DNA from: a virus
Lineage: Duplodnaviria > Caudoviricetes
Strand: one strand, 5' to 3'
Length of the DNA: 64,000 nucleotides
IMG/VR virus record: IMGVR_UViG_3300035145_001308
Location: 1,911-65,910 of that record
Below, piece after piece: positions 47,623 to 56,366 of this stretch (position 1 is its first letter; each line of letters begins with the position of its first letter). The notes under the pieces were generated by a model. It searched no databases and was not told the origin of the DNA. It worked only from the letters and a program-made list of their open reading frames with translations. Both the position numbers and the translations under genes were made by a program.

Positions 47623-49569
47623 ATGAGAGATTTAAACGTAGTAGCAGAACAACTTTTTAATGAAATCAGAGGACGTTATCCAAGCGTTACCATCGGCGAC
47701 GAAGAAGGTAACGTAACTAATGAGCCTCGTTTGGCTAGATTTTATGAGTTTGATTTTAAAAGCAATGATACAAATGTAGGCAAAGTAAGCATATCACTAG
47801 ATGAAAAAACTGGTGTAACTATTATGTACAATAAAGATTTTACAGCAGAAGTAGGAGATGCTGAAACAAAAGATTGGTATAACTTTTTAAAGCAAGTACG
47901 TAACTTTTCTAAAAGACGTTTATTAAACTTTGAAGTTAGAGATATTAATAAAACAAACTTTACAAAAAGAGATTATGGCTATATGGCAGCAAATCGCGGA
48001 GAAACACAAATGGCAGAGTCAAAAATGTATGGCACTCACAAAACCAGCTTTCAAAAGTTTGGTGGTGCTAAATTATCTATTAGGCACACAGGTGCAATAG
48101 CTGAAGGCGAAAGCAGAAACAAAAAGATTGGTGCATTGTTTATTGAAAATGCAGATGGTGAAAAATTTAAATATCCATTCAAACATTTAGCAGGTGCAAG
48201 AGCAATGGCAATCCATGTAAGCGAAGGTGGACACCCATTTGATGATTTTGGCAAACATATTACTAGCCTAAGTGAAGAACTTTCAAATCTCCGCAAGTTC
48301 AAACAGTATATGGGCAAAAGCAATGTTATGGCTGAAAGTTTAGCTGAACATATGGATACTGTAAATGAGCGTGTTGCCACAGTAAAAAAAGAAATGCAGA
48401 CACTTCAAAAACTTGCAGGTTATAGAACTGTATTTGAAGAGTTTGTTCCTATTGAAGAATCAGAAGTACCAGAAGAAGTACAAGAAGATTGGATCAATCA
48501 ATTAACTATTAAGCAGTTTAACGAAGAACTTAAAGATGTATTTCCTTACATTTACAAACTAGTTAGTGAAACAACTGCTGTAGAAAGTATAGGATTTGAT
48601 GATATTGTAAATGAAGTTGACAAAGCTAGTATTGATGCTGCTGTTTCTAAAGCATTATCTTCAGAGCCACAAAGGACAGCACCAACAACAAGTCCACGTC
48701 CTAAGGTAAGACCAAAAGTATTTGCAAGTCCTCGTCAAGCAAGAGACGCAGCAATGAAAGCTGGCTATCGTCAAGAAGGCAAAGACTTCAAAGTTGAAAA
48801 GTTTGGTAATGGATATATTTTCTCACAGATAGGACCAGATCAGAGCAACATTGGTAGCACAGAGATTGGTCCTGATGGAAAAATGACAGGCAGCACAAGA
48901 GGCTTTAACACAGAGTCAGAAATAGATATGGCATTTGATAAACTACTAGGCCAGTTTGCAGACAACTTTAGTGCTCAAGTAGAAGGCAGTTTAGACGAAG
49001 GATCAATGAAAGACATGTTGATCCAAGCAATGGAAAAGATTGCATCTGATAACAGCGGAGAAGAACTATATAAAGCATTGAACAAAGGCTCAATGGGTAA
49101 AGAGATCCAAAAATACTTACAAGACATGTATGACGAAGTAGCAGTTGACAATGGATGGCATCCAGATGATGATCATGAAGAAATCGAACAACGCATGTGG
49201 GATGAGATTCACGACGAGTATGGTATGGGCGAAGGCAACGCATACGCACACGCTGTAAGAAAAGCAAAAATGAATGGCGCAGAAAAAGGCGATAAAATAG
49301 ATCATCCAGATTCAGACGAAGATGATATTGTAATTGAAAAAGACAAAACACCATTAGGCGAGTTTATCCTAAGTTACTTTGATAGACATACAGGCAAGTT
49401 TCCAAAAGGCGAAACAGCAGTATTGACAGCAATAGAAAAAGACTATGGCGATCAATACGTCAAGCCAGCGAGTCAGTTCATAGAACGTCTAGGTCAAGTA
49501 TATGAAAAATATCAGGCACGTAAAATGGCAGACTTTACACGTATTCAAGAGTTAGCTGGTTTAAGATAA
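47623..49569 (+). CDS. Hypothetical protein, probable head-internal/structural protein
   Basis: Late box at 47608; multiple (L/V/M)-x-E-(S/G) sites; ends RIQELAGLR like the scaffold. Confidence 0.6.
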   Translation: MRDLNVVAEQLFNEIRGRYPSVTIGDEEGNVTNEPRLARFYEFDFKSNDTNVGKVSISLDEKTGVTIMYNKDFTAEVGDAETKDWYNFLKQVRNFSKRRLLNFEVRDINKTNFTKRDYGYMAANRGETQMAESKMYGTHKTSFQKFGGAKLSIRHTGAIAEGESRNKKIGALFIENADGEKFKYPFKHLAGARAMAIHVSEGGHPFDDFGKHITSLSEELSNLRKFKQYMGKSNVMAESLAEHMDTVNERVATVKKEMQTLQKLAGYRTVFEEFVPIEESEVPEEVQEDWINQLTIKQFNEELKDVFPYIYKLVSETTAVESIGFDDIVNEVDKASIDAAVSKALSSEPQRTAPTTSPRPKVRPKVFASPRQARDAAMKAGYRQEGKDFKVEKFGNGYIFSQIGPDQSNIGSTEIGPDGKMTGSTRGFNTESEIDMAFDKLLGQFADNFSAQVEGSLDEGSMKDMLIQAMEKIASDNSGEELYKALNKGSMGKEIQKYLQDMYDEVAVDNGWHPDDDHEEIEQRMWDEIHDEYGMGEGNAYAHAVRKAKMNGAEKGDKIDHPDSDEDDIVIEKDKTPLGEFILSYFDRHTGKFPKGETAVLTAIEKDYGDQYVKPASQFIERLGQVYEKYQARKMADFTRIQELAGLR

Positions 49570-49605
49570 TCAGCTAACCTTTTGAAAATCTTGGCAAAAA
49601 AATAG

Positions 49606-49634
49606 TTGACAAGATAAATAAGATTGTGTAGTAT
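49606..49634 (+). promoter_or_regulatory. Composite sigma70 plus late promoter for gp32
   Basis: TTGACA, 17 bp spacer containing GATAAATA, TAGTAT. Confidence 0.7.
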
Positions 49635-49694
49635 TATAAACATGTGCTACACATTTAAGGCACAATGCATAGGCAAAAAACAGGAGGCATAACT

Positions 49695-50711
49695 ATGGCA
49701 TCATTAGCAGAAATCCGAGCGAAGCTCAAAGAACAAGAAAATCGTACAAGCGGTGGCAACACAGGCGGTGGCGATAACAGCATTTACCCATTTTGGAATA
49801 TGAAAGAAGGCGAGCAAGCAACGCTACGCTTTTTGCCTGACGGCGATGATTCAAACACTTTCTTTTGGAAAGAACGTTTGGTTATTAAACTTCCATTTGC
49901 AGGAGTAAAGGGCGAAACAGATTCACGTCCAGTACAAGTACAAGTTCCGTGTATGGAAATGTATAACGAATCATGTCCAATCCTACAAGAAGTACGTGGT
50001 TGGTTTAAAGATCCAAGTTTAGAAGACATGGGTCGTAAGTATTGGAAAAAACGTTCTTATATCTTCCAAGGCTTTGTTGTTGATAATCCACTTAATGAAG
50101 ATACAACGCCAGAGAATCCGATTCGTCGATTCATTATTGGTCCACAAATCTTCCAACTAATCAAAGCAGCACTAATGGATCCAGATATGGAAGAACTGCC
50201 AACAGATTATACTGCTGGTGTAGACTTCCGTTTGTCTAAAGGTTCAAAAGGTGGATATGCTGACTACGGTGCAAGTAACTGGGCACGTAGAGAGCGTCCA
50301 CTAGGCGATACTGAAATGAACGCAATCAACACAAATGGATTGTTTAACCTAAATGACTTCCTTCCTAAAAAGCCAGGCGAAGTAGAACTAAAAGTTCTTA
50401 CTGAAATGTTTGAAGCAAGTGTTGACGGAGAAGCATACGATGCTGAACGTTGGAGTCAATATTTCCGTCCAAGCGGAATGCAAGCACGTACAGGTGATCC
50501 TGTAACTGCAACTCCTGCTCCGGCACCAGCAGCACCAGCAGCACCAGCAGCAGAAACAACATCTGATACAGGCTGGAAAGAACCTGCTCCGGCAGCAACA
50601 CCTGAACCAACTCCTGCTCCTGCTCCGACAGCAGAGGCAGCACCTGCAGAAGAAAACGCAGGCGGCGCACAAGACATTCTAGCAATGATTCGTGCAAGAC
50701 AAGGTCAATAA
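49695..50711 (+). CDS. gp32: Single-stranded DNA-binding protein (gp32-like)
   Basis: LRFLPD, CPI, YWKKRSY, FIIGPQIF, G.DF...K..KGGYADY..S; Pro/Ala linker; GGAGG RBS before the ATG at 49695. Confidence 0.9.
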   Translation: MASLAEIRAKLKEQENRTSGGNTGGGDNSIYPFWNMKEGEQATLRFLPDGDDSNTFFWKERLVIKLPFAGVKGETDSRPVQVQVPCMEMYNESCPILQEVRGWFKDPSLEDMGRKYWKKRSYIFQGFVVDNPLNEDTTPENPIRRFIIGPQIFQLIKAALMDPDMEELPTDYTAGVDFRLSKGSKGGYADYGASNWARRERPLGDTEMNAINTNGLFNLNDFLPKKPGEVELKVLTEMFEASVDGEAYDAERWSQYFRPSGMQARTGDPVTATPAPAPAAPAAPAAETTSDTGWKEPAPAATPEPTPAPAPTAEAAPAEENAGGAQDILAMIRARQGQ

Positions 50712-50789
50712 GATAACAACACCCCCCAGGCTTGTCATAGACAGCTCAATACCGGGGGGTTACTTACGCTTTTTAGAATAGGAGAAAAT

Positions 50790-51881
50790 ATGGCTACTAA
50801 GGCATTCGATCCTTCAAAGTTTCGAAACAGTTTAACAAAATCTATTAAAGGTATGAGTTCAGGGTTCAATGATCCACAAGATTGGATCAGCACAGGTAAC
50901 TTTGCACTTAACTATTTACTTAGTGGAGACTTTAGAAAAGGTGTTCCATTAGGAAAAGTAAGCGTGTTTGCAGGCGAATCAGGTGCAGGCAAATCTTACA
51001 TTGTGTCTGGTAATATTGTAAAGTCAGCACAAGAACAAGGTATTTTTGTTGTATTGATTGACAGTGAAAATGCACTTGATGAAAAGTGGCTACACGCATT
51101 AGGTGTAGAAACAACAGAAGACAAAATCCTAAAACTTAACATGGCAATGATTGATGATGTTGCTAAAACTATTTCAACATTTATGGATGACTATCGTGCA
51201 ATGGACGAAACAGACCGTCCTAAAGTGTTGTTTGTAGTTGATAGTTTAGGTATGCTTATGTCACCAACTGAAGTTAATCAGTTTGAAGCAGGTGATATGA
51301 AGGGTGATATGGGTCGTAAGGCCAAAGCACTGAAAGCATTGGTTACTAACTGTGTTAATATGTTTGGTTCACACAACGTAGGTATGGTTGTTACTAACCA
51401 CACATACGCATCGCAAGATATGTTTGATCCAGACGACAAGATCTCAGGTGGTAGTGGTTTTATCTATGCAAGCTCGATGGTGGTTGCTATGAAAAAGCTG
51501 AAACTAAAAGAAGATGCAGATGGTAACAAAACTAGCACTGTGAATGGTATTAGAGCAGCGTGTAAAGTTATGAAAACACGTTACGCAAAACCGTTTGAAG
51601 GTGTACAAGTAAAAATCCCATACGAAACAGGTATGGATCCATATTCAGGTATGTTTGATTTGTTAGAAGCAAAAGGCTTACTTGAAAAACAAGGTAACCG
51701 CTACAAGTATATTGATAGCAAAGGCGAAGAAACTCTAGAATATCGCAAGAACTGGACAGGTGACAAACTCGAAATGATCATGGCCGATTTACCGGCAAAA
51801 GAAGAACAAATGGTAAATATCGCTAACGCAGACGAAGAAGCTGTGGTTGATCATGAAGAGGGACTTGCGATAAATGAATGA
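50790..51881 (+). CDS. uvsX: RecA-like recombinase UvsX
   Basis: ISTG..ALN..LSG, FAGESGAGKS, IDSENA, VVDSLG, NHTY, SGG.G..YASS. Confidence 0.95.
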   Translation: MATKAFDPSKFRNSLTKSIKGMSSGFNDPQDWISTGNFALNYLLSGDFRKGVPLGKVSVFAGESGAGKSYIVSGNIVKSAQEQGIFVVLIDSENALDEKWLHALGVETTEDKILKLNMAMIDDVAKTISTFMDDYRAMDETDRPKVLFVVDSLGMLMSPTEVNQFEAGDMKGDMGRKAKALKALVTNCVNMFGSHNVGMVVTNHTYASQDMFDPDDKISGGSGFIYASSMVVAMKKLKLKEDADGNKTSTVNGIRAACKVMKTRYAKPFEGVQVKIPYETGMDPYSGMFDLLEAKGLLEKQGNRYKYIDSKGEETLEYRKNWTGDKLEMIMADLPAKEEQMVNIANADEEAVVDHEEGLAINE

Positions 51882-52101
51882 AGACTTTGTAGCCGATTTA
51901 TGGAACTTGTTTAAAGAGTATCTAGACAAGAAACATACGGATATGGCAGCTGAAAGATTTGTTGACATGCTAGTTGATTACGGAATGACTGATGTTCAGT
52001 TACAAGAAATACTAGGACAAGATAAAATACTAGACGCTGCTATACAATATTACTTAGAAATGGATTCCGACGACGACGAAGATTATGATTGGGATGAGTA
52101 A
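51874..52101 (+). CDS. Small acidic hypothetical protein
   Basis: Coupled ORF between uvsX and uvsY. Confidence 0.65.
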   Translation: MNEDFVADLWNLFKEYLDKKHTDMAAERFVDMLVDYGMTDVQLQEILGQDKILDAAIQYYLEMDSDDDEDYDWDE

Positions 52102-52556
52102 TGGGTTGGTACAGCCGAGTAAGCAGAGATATTGGACAAATACCTTCTGCTGTACAATATTTTGAAAACGAACTTATTGAAGCAAAACGTGAATGTAATA
52201 TCAGCGGTAGCATAGAAAAAGCTGCCGCTGCTATGCCTGGTATTGTTGAACACAGATTTAATCAGTTACAAGAACTTGAGGCAATCTTAGAGTATCTCAA
52301 TATTGAACTAAGACGTTTGCGTAGTCAGTTTTTTAAGAAATATTTAGAAAACTATCAACGTGCATTAAGCAGTCGTGACGTAGAAAAATATGTCGACGGC
52401 GAAGCAGATGTTGTTGATTATGAAAAGATTATAAACGAGTTTGCTCTAATACGTAACAAATGGTTAGGTGTGTTAAAAGCACTTGATCAAAAACAATGGC
52501 AACTAACTAATATTGTAAAACTACGAGTCGCAGGAATGGAAGATGCAAGTTTATGA
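52101..52556 (+). CDS. uvsY: Recombination mediator UvsY-like
   Basis: Helical protein with LSSRDVEKYVDGEADV and KQWQL.NIVKLR.AG; follows uvsX. Confidence 0.8.
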   Translation: MGWYSRVSRDIGQIPSAVQYFENELIEAKRECNISGSIEKAAAAMPGIVEHRFNQLQELEAILEYLNIELRRLRSQFFKKYLENYQRALSSRDVEKYVDGEADVVDYEKIINEFALIRNKWLGVLKALDQKQWQLTNIVKLRVAGMEDASL

Positions 52557-53266
52557 GCATAACAATAGTTTCTACTTGGAGTGAAAAGAACTATCAAGAA
52601 TATGCAAAATACTTTTTAGAAAGTGCAAAAAAATACATTTCAGAAGATATAAATGTTCGGGTATATACTGATGTTCCTTATAAAGACTTACCTGGACATT
52701 TTGAAAATCTACCATTAGAAGCAAGTTGTCCCGATTTAGTAGATTTTAAAAGACGTAACGAACATAGAAAACCTACAGGCAAAAAAGCATTTATGCAAGA
52801 TGCAGTAAGATTTGCACATAAAAGCTATGCCATTATACATGCAAGTAGAACTGTTGACACTGAACAGTTAATATGGTTAGATGCAGATACAGAAATATTA
52901 TGCCCATTAACAAGCGATTGGTTTAAATCTTTTTTACCAAAAAAATACTTTTGTGCATATCTAGGACGTGATAACAAATATAGCGAAACAGGATATCTAC
53001 AGTTTAATCTGAAAAAAGCAAAATCATTTTTTGACAAATGGGATTGGTATTATAAGTCTGATGAAATATACAACTTACGTGCCCAGTTAGATTGTCATGT
53101 TTTTGATGCTTGTTTAGAACATTTTCCAAAACTTAATGGACACAATATTAGTCCTCCTTGGACACAAAAAAGACATTTTGATATAGCATTTGAAAAATAC
53201 ATGTGCCATTATAAAGGCAGTGATAAAGAGAAACGAGATATATATTTTTGGAAAGCAACTAGATGA
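52553..53266 (+). CDS. Glycosyltransferase, GT-A (nucleotide-diphospho-sugar transferase-like)
   Basis: DAVRFAHKSYA, LIWLDADT (DxD), YLGR..YSETG, DCHVFD, HYKG. Confidence 0.7.
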   Translation: MSITIVSTWSEKNYQEYAKYFLESAKKYISEDINVRVYTDVPYKDLPGHFENLPLEASCPDLVDFKRRNEHRKPTGKKAFMQDAVRFAHKSYAIIHASRTVDTEQLIWLDADTEILCPLTSDWFKSFLPKKYFCAYLGRDNKYSETGYLQFNLKKAKSFFDKWDWYYKSDEIYNLRAQLDCHVFDACLEHFPKLNGHNISPPWTQKRHFDIAFEKYMCHYKGSDKEKRDIYFWKATR

Positions 53267-54123
53267 AAACAATACTTACAGGACATAACGGATTTATTGG
53301 TGGTCATTATCATAGGTATTTGAAAGATAAAAATATCTCGCCTATTACTGTGGATAAAAGATCAGGACAGGATTTGTGTGATGTTAATATTACAAACGAT
53401 TTGCCTGATTGCGATGTTGTAATACACTTAGCAGCAACAAATGGCACAAAACTGTTTTACGAACAACCTACAGATGTGTGTTTTAACAACACACTTCCTA
53501 CATTTAATCTTGTTGCTAGATATAGACACTCTAACACAAAGTTTGTATTCGCAAGCACATGCGAAATATTTTCAGGAGCAATAGATGCGGGTCATTACCA
53601 TATTCCAACTGATGAGCAAGTACCAGTTATGTTTAACGACATTCTCAATCCGAGATGGAGTTATAGCGTTCCGAAAGCTGTCGGAGAAAACCTAGTTGCA
53701 AACTGCGGATTGCCTTGGTTGATTATTAGATATTTTAATATATACGGTCCCGGACAAGTTGATCATTTTATAAGTGAGTTTGTAGAACGTTGTAAACAAG
53801 GCGAATATTATATCAAAGGCGATGACACTAGAAGTTTTTGCTATGTAGACGATGCTATTGAAATGACAGACCGTCTTGTTAATAATACAAATAATAAAAT
53901 AGTACACGTAGGTAATGATCAAGAAGTAAACATTAGTGTTGTTGCAAAACTTATAATGGGGTATATGGATATTAATCCTGCTAAACTGGAAGTTTTACCT
54001 GGTCCTAAAGGCAGTGCTAAACGCAGATGTCCTGATACTACACTTGTACAAACATTAACAGGTTTTTTAGATTATACACCGTTAGAAGTAGGTCTTAAAA
54101 AGACAGTGGAAAGTTTATTATGA
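53263..54123 (+). CDS. NAD-dependent nucleotide-sugar epimerase/dehydratase (extended SDR)
   Basis: TGHNGFIG, VIHLAA, ASTCE, YSVPK (YxxxK), RYFNIYGPGQ, TRSFCYVDD. Confidence 0.9.
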   Translation: MKTILTGHNGFIGGHYHRYLKDKNISPITVDKRSGQDLCDVNITNDLPDCDVVIHLAATNGTKLFYEQPTDVCFNNTLPTFNLVARYRHSNTKFVFASTCEIFSGAIDAGHYHIPTDEQVPVMFNDILNPRWSYSVPKAVGENLVANCGLPWLIIRYFNIYGPGQVDHFISEFVERCKQGEYYIKGDDTRSFCYVDDAIEMTDRLVNNTNNKIVHVGNDQEVNISVVAKLIMGYMDINPAKLEVLPGPKGSAKRRCPDTTLVQTLTGFLDYTPLEVGLKKTVESLL

Positions 54124-54914
54124 ATATAGGTATTATTGGTTTAGGTGCAGTAGGATCTGCTAACAGACATGGCTTTGTACAGTTAGGGCACAGTGTTGTA
54201 GAACATGATATAAAACTAGATACAAAAATAAATGATGTATTAGATTGCGAAATATGTTTTTTATGCGTTCCTACTCCGCAAGCAGATGATGGCAGTTGTG
54301 ATACAAGTATTATTGAAAATGTAATCAAAGAACTAAACTTGTATAGTTACAAAGGTATAGTTGCAATACGCAGTACAGTTGTTCCAGGTTTTACACAACG
54401 CATGATTGACACTTATAAAAATCTTACAATATGTTTTGTGCCCGAGTTTTTGCGTGAACGTTGTGCAGAAGAAGATTTTATAAACAACCATAAGTTGCTT
54501 GCTATTGGAACACATGATATTCAAGTATATAGGAAACTTGTACAAGCACATGGTAGTTATCCTGAACACACAGAACACCTTACACCAAATGAAGCAGAAG
54601 TATTAAAGTATTATAACAATGTATATGCAGCATTGCGTGTAACATTTGCAAATGTAATGTATGAAGTTTGTGAAAAACTAGATTGTGATTATACAACTAT
54701 AAAAAATGCTTACATTAAAACAGGCAAAGCAAAAGACATGTATCTTGATGTTAATCCAAATTTACGTGGATACGGTGGTATGTGTTTACCAAAAGACACA
54801 CAAGCAATAATGAGCTTACTAAACAAACTAGACTTAGATTATGATTTGATCGATAGTATTGATGCAGATAATCGCAAGTTCAAAAAAACAGTATTTAATG
54901 GCATGCGTGATTAA
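54120..54914 (+). CDS. ugd: UDP-glucose/GDP-mannose 6-dehydrogenase family (lacks the C-terminal domain)
   Basis: IIGLGAVG, CVPTP, RSTVVPG, PEFLRE, AEVLKY, GYGGMCLPKD catalytic Cys motif. Confidence 0.85.
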   Translation: MNIGIIGLGAVGSANRHGFVQLGHSVVEHDIKLDTKINDVLDCEICFLCVPTPQADDGSCDTSIIENVIKELNLYSYKGIVAIRSTVVPGFTQRMIDTYKNLTICFVPEFLRERCAEEDFINNHKLLAIGTHDIQVYRKLVQAHGSYPEHTEHLTPNEAEVLKYYNNVYAALRVTFANVMYEVCEKLDCDYTTIKNAYIKTGKAKDMYLDVNPNLRGYGGMCLPKDTQAIMSLLNKLDLDYDLIDSIDADNRKFKKTVFNGMRD

Positions 54915-54921
54915 ATAATGT

Positions 54922-55692
54922 ATGAGCAAAGTTATTCTAGTAACAGGTGGATTTGATCCATTACACAGTGGACATATTGAATATTTTAAAGCGGCAAAAG
55001 AACTAGGGCAACATTTAGTTGTCGGGGTTAATAGTGACGAATGGCTTGCCCGTAAAAAAGGTAAGCCTTTTATGCCCTTTACAGAACGTACAGCAATCAT
55101 AAAATCTTTAGAATGTGTTGACGAAGTTATTGGCTTTGACGATGCAGACGATAGTGCATGTGCTGCTATAGGACAAGTGTTAGCAACAAAAGGATCAAGC
55201 TGGAAACTTGTGTTTGCTAATGGCGGAGACAGAACAAAAACAAACAGTCCAGAACTTGATATATATGGTGATCATCCTGATGTTGAGTTTGCGTTTGGTG
55301 TAGGCGGCGAAGATAAAAAGAATAGCTCAAGCTGGATATTAAAAAACTGGGATAAACCAGTAACCAAACGTGCTTGGGGTGAATACAAAGTACTAGATAG
55401 CAACGGAGAATGGCAAGTCAAAGAACTTACATTTTATGAAGGCAAAGCACTTAGTGATCAAAGACATTTCAAACGCAGCGAACACTGGCACGTTGTTGAT
55501 GGTGTTATAGCAATGTTGCTTGAAGATAGAAAAGGCAACAAATACCAACAACTTCTTGTGCCTGGAGATAGTATTGATATTCCTACTGGTTATTGGCACA
55601 AAGCAATCAACATGGATAACAAAGCAGCCAAAGTAATAGAAGTTTGGATGGGTAAAGATTTAACTGAAGAAGATATTGAAAGAAGAGACTAA
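54922..55692 (+). CDS. HxGH cytidylyl/adenylyltransferase fused to a cupin (type II mannose-6-P isomerase-like) domain
   Basis: GGFDPLHSGH, VVGVNSD, FANGGDR, KNSSS; then RAWGEY, LS.QRH..RSEHW, IP.G.WH, IEVW.G...EEDIER. Confidence 0.85.
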   Translation: MSKVILVTGGFDPLHSGHIEYFKAAKELGQHLVVGVNSDEWLARKKGKPFMPFTERTAIIKSLECVDEVIGFDDADDSACAAIGQVLATKGSSWKLVFANGGDRTKTNSPELDIYGDHPDVEFAFGVGGEDKKNSSSWILKNWDKPVTKRAWGEYKVLDSNGEWQVKELTFYEGKALSDQRHFKRSEHWHVVDGVIAMLLEDRKGNKYQQLLVPGDSIDIPTGYWHKAINMDNKAAKVIEVWMGKDLTEEDIERRD

Positions 55693-56366
55693 TGAAAGTA
55701 TTTGTAGGATATGACACTAGAGAAGATATTGCTTATCAAGTGTGTAAGCACAGTATAATAAGCAAACAGCCAGCAGCTGATGTGCGTCCATTAAAACAAC
55801 AAGAGTTACGTGATGCAGGATGGTACAAACGTGATGTAGATAAACTTGCAAGCACTGAGTTTACATTTACACGTTTTCTAATACCAGAACTCACAGATTT
55901 CAAAGGCTGGGCATTGTTTATGGATTGTGATATGATCCTTACTACAGATATTAAAGAACTTTTTGATCAAGCAGATGACAAGTATGCTGTAATGTGTGTG
56001 CAGCATGACTATACTCCAAAAGCAGGCATAAAAATGGATGGGCAAAAACAAACTATCTATCCACGCAAAAACTGGTCAAGTGTCATGTTGTTTAACTGTG
56101 GTCATCATGCTAATCGTAAAGTTACACAAAGTCTAGTTAACGATCCTGAAATCACTGGTGCATACTTACACAGGTTTAGTTGGCTTAACGATTTTGAAAT
56201 AGGAGAACTACATCACACATGGAACTATCTTGTTGGCGTATATGACGATATTGAAAAACCTAACCTTATACATTACACAGAAGGTGGTCCGTGGTTTGAA
56301 AACTATAGAGATTGTGAGTTTGCAGATTTATGGAAAGCAGAACTACAGGATATGATGAATGGCTAA
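55692..56366 (+). CDS. Glycosyltransferase (GT8-like)
   Basis: FVGYD.RE, STEFTFTRFL, FMDCDM, YPRKNWSS, WNYLVG, HYTEGGPW. Confidence 0.8.
   Translation: MKVFVGYDTREDIAYQVCKHSIISKQPAADVRPLKQQELRDAGWYKRDVDKLASTEFTFTRFLIPELTDFKGWALFMDCDMILTTDIKELFDQADDKYAVMCVQHDYTPKAGIKMDGQKQTIYPRKNWSSVMLFNCGHHANRKVTQSLVNDPEITGAYLHRFSWLNDFEIGELHHTWNYLVGVYDDIEKPNLIHYTEGGPWFENYRDCEFADLWKAELQDMMNG

Noticed and set aside
46032-51881. Inteins or introns in terminase and UvsX
   Set aside because: Both have normal lengths and contiguous motifs.
54120-54914. Short UDP-glucose dehydrogenase as a pseudogene
   Set aside because: Catalytic Lys and Cys motifs are intact, the stop is clean with the next gene immediately after, and there is no remnant of the missing domain.
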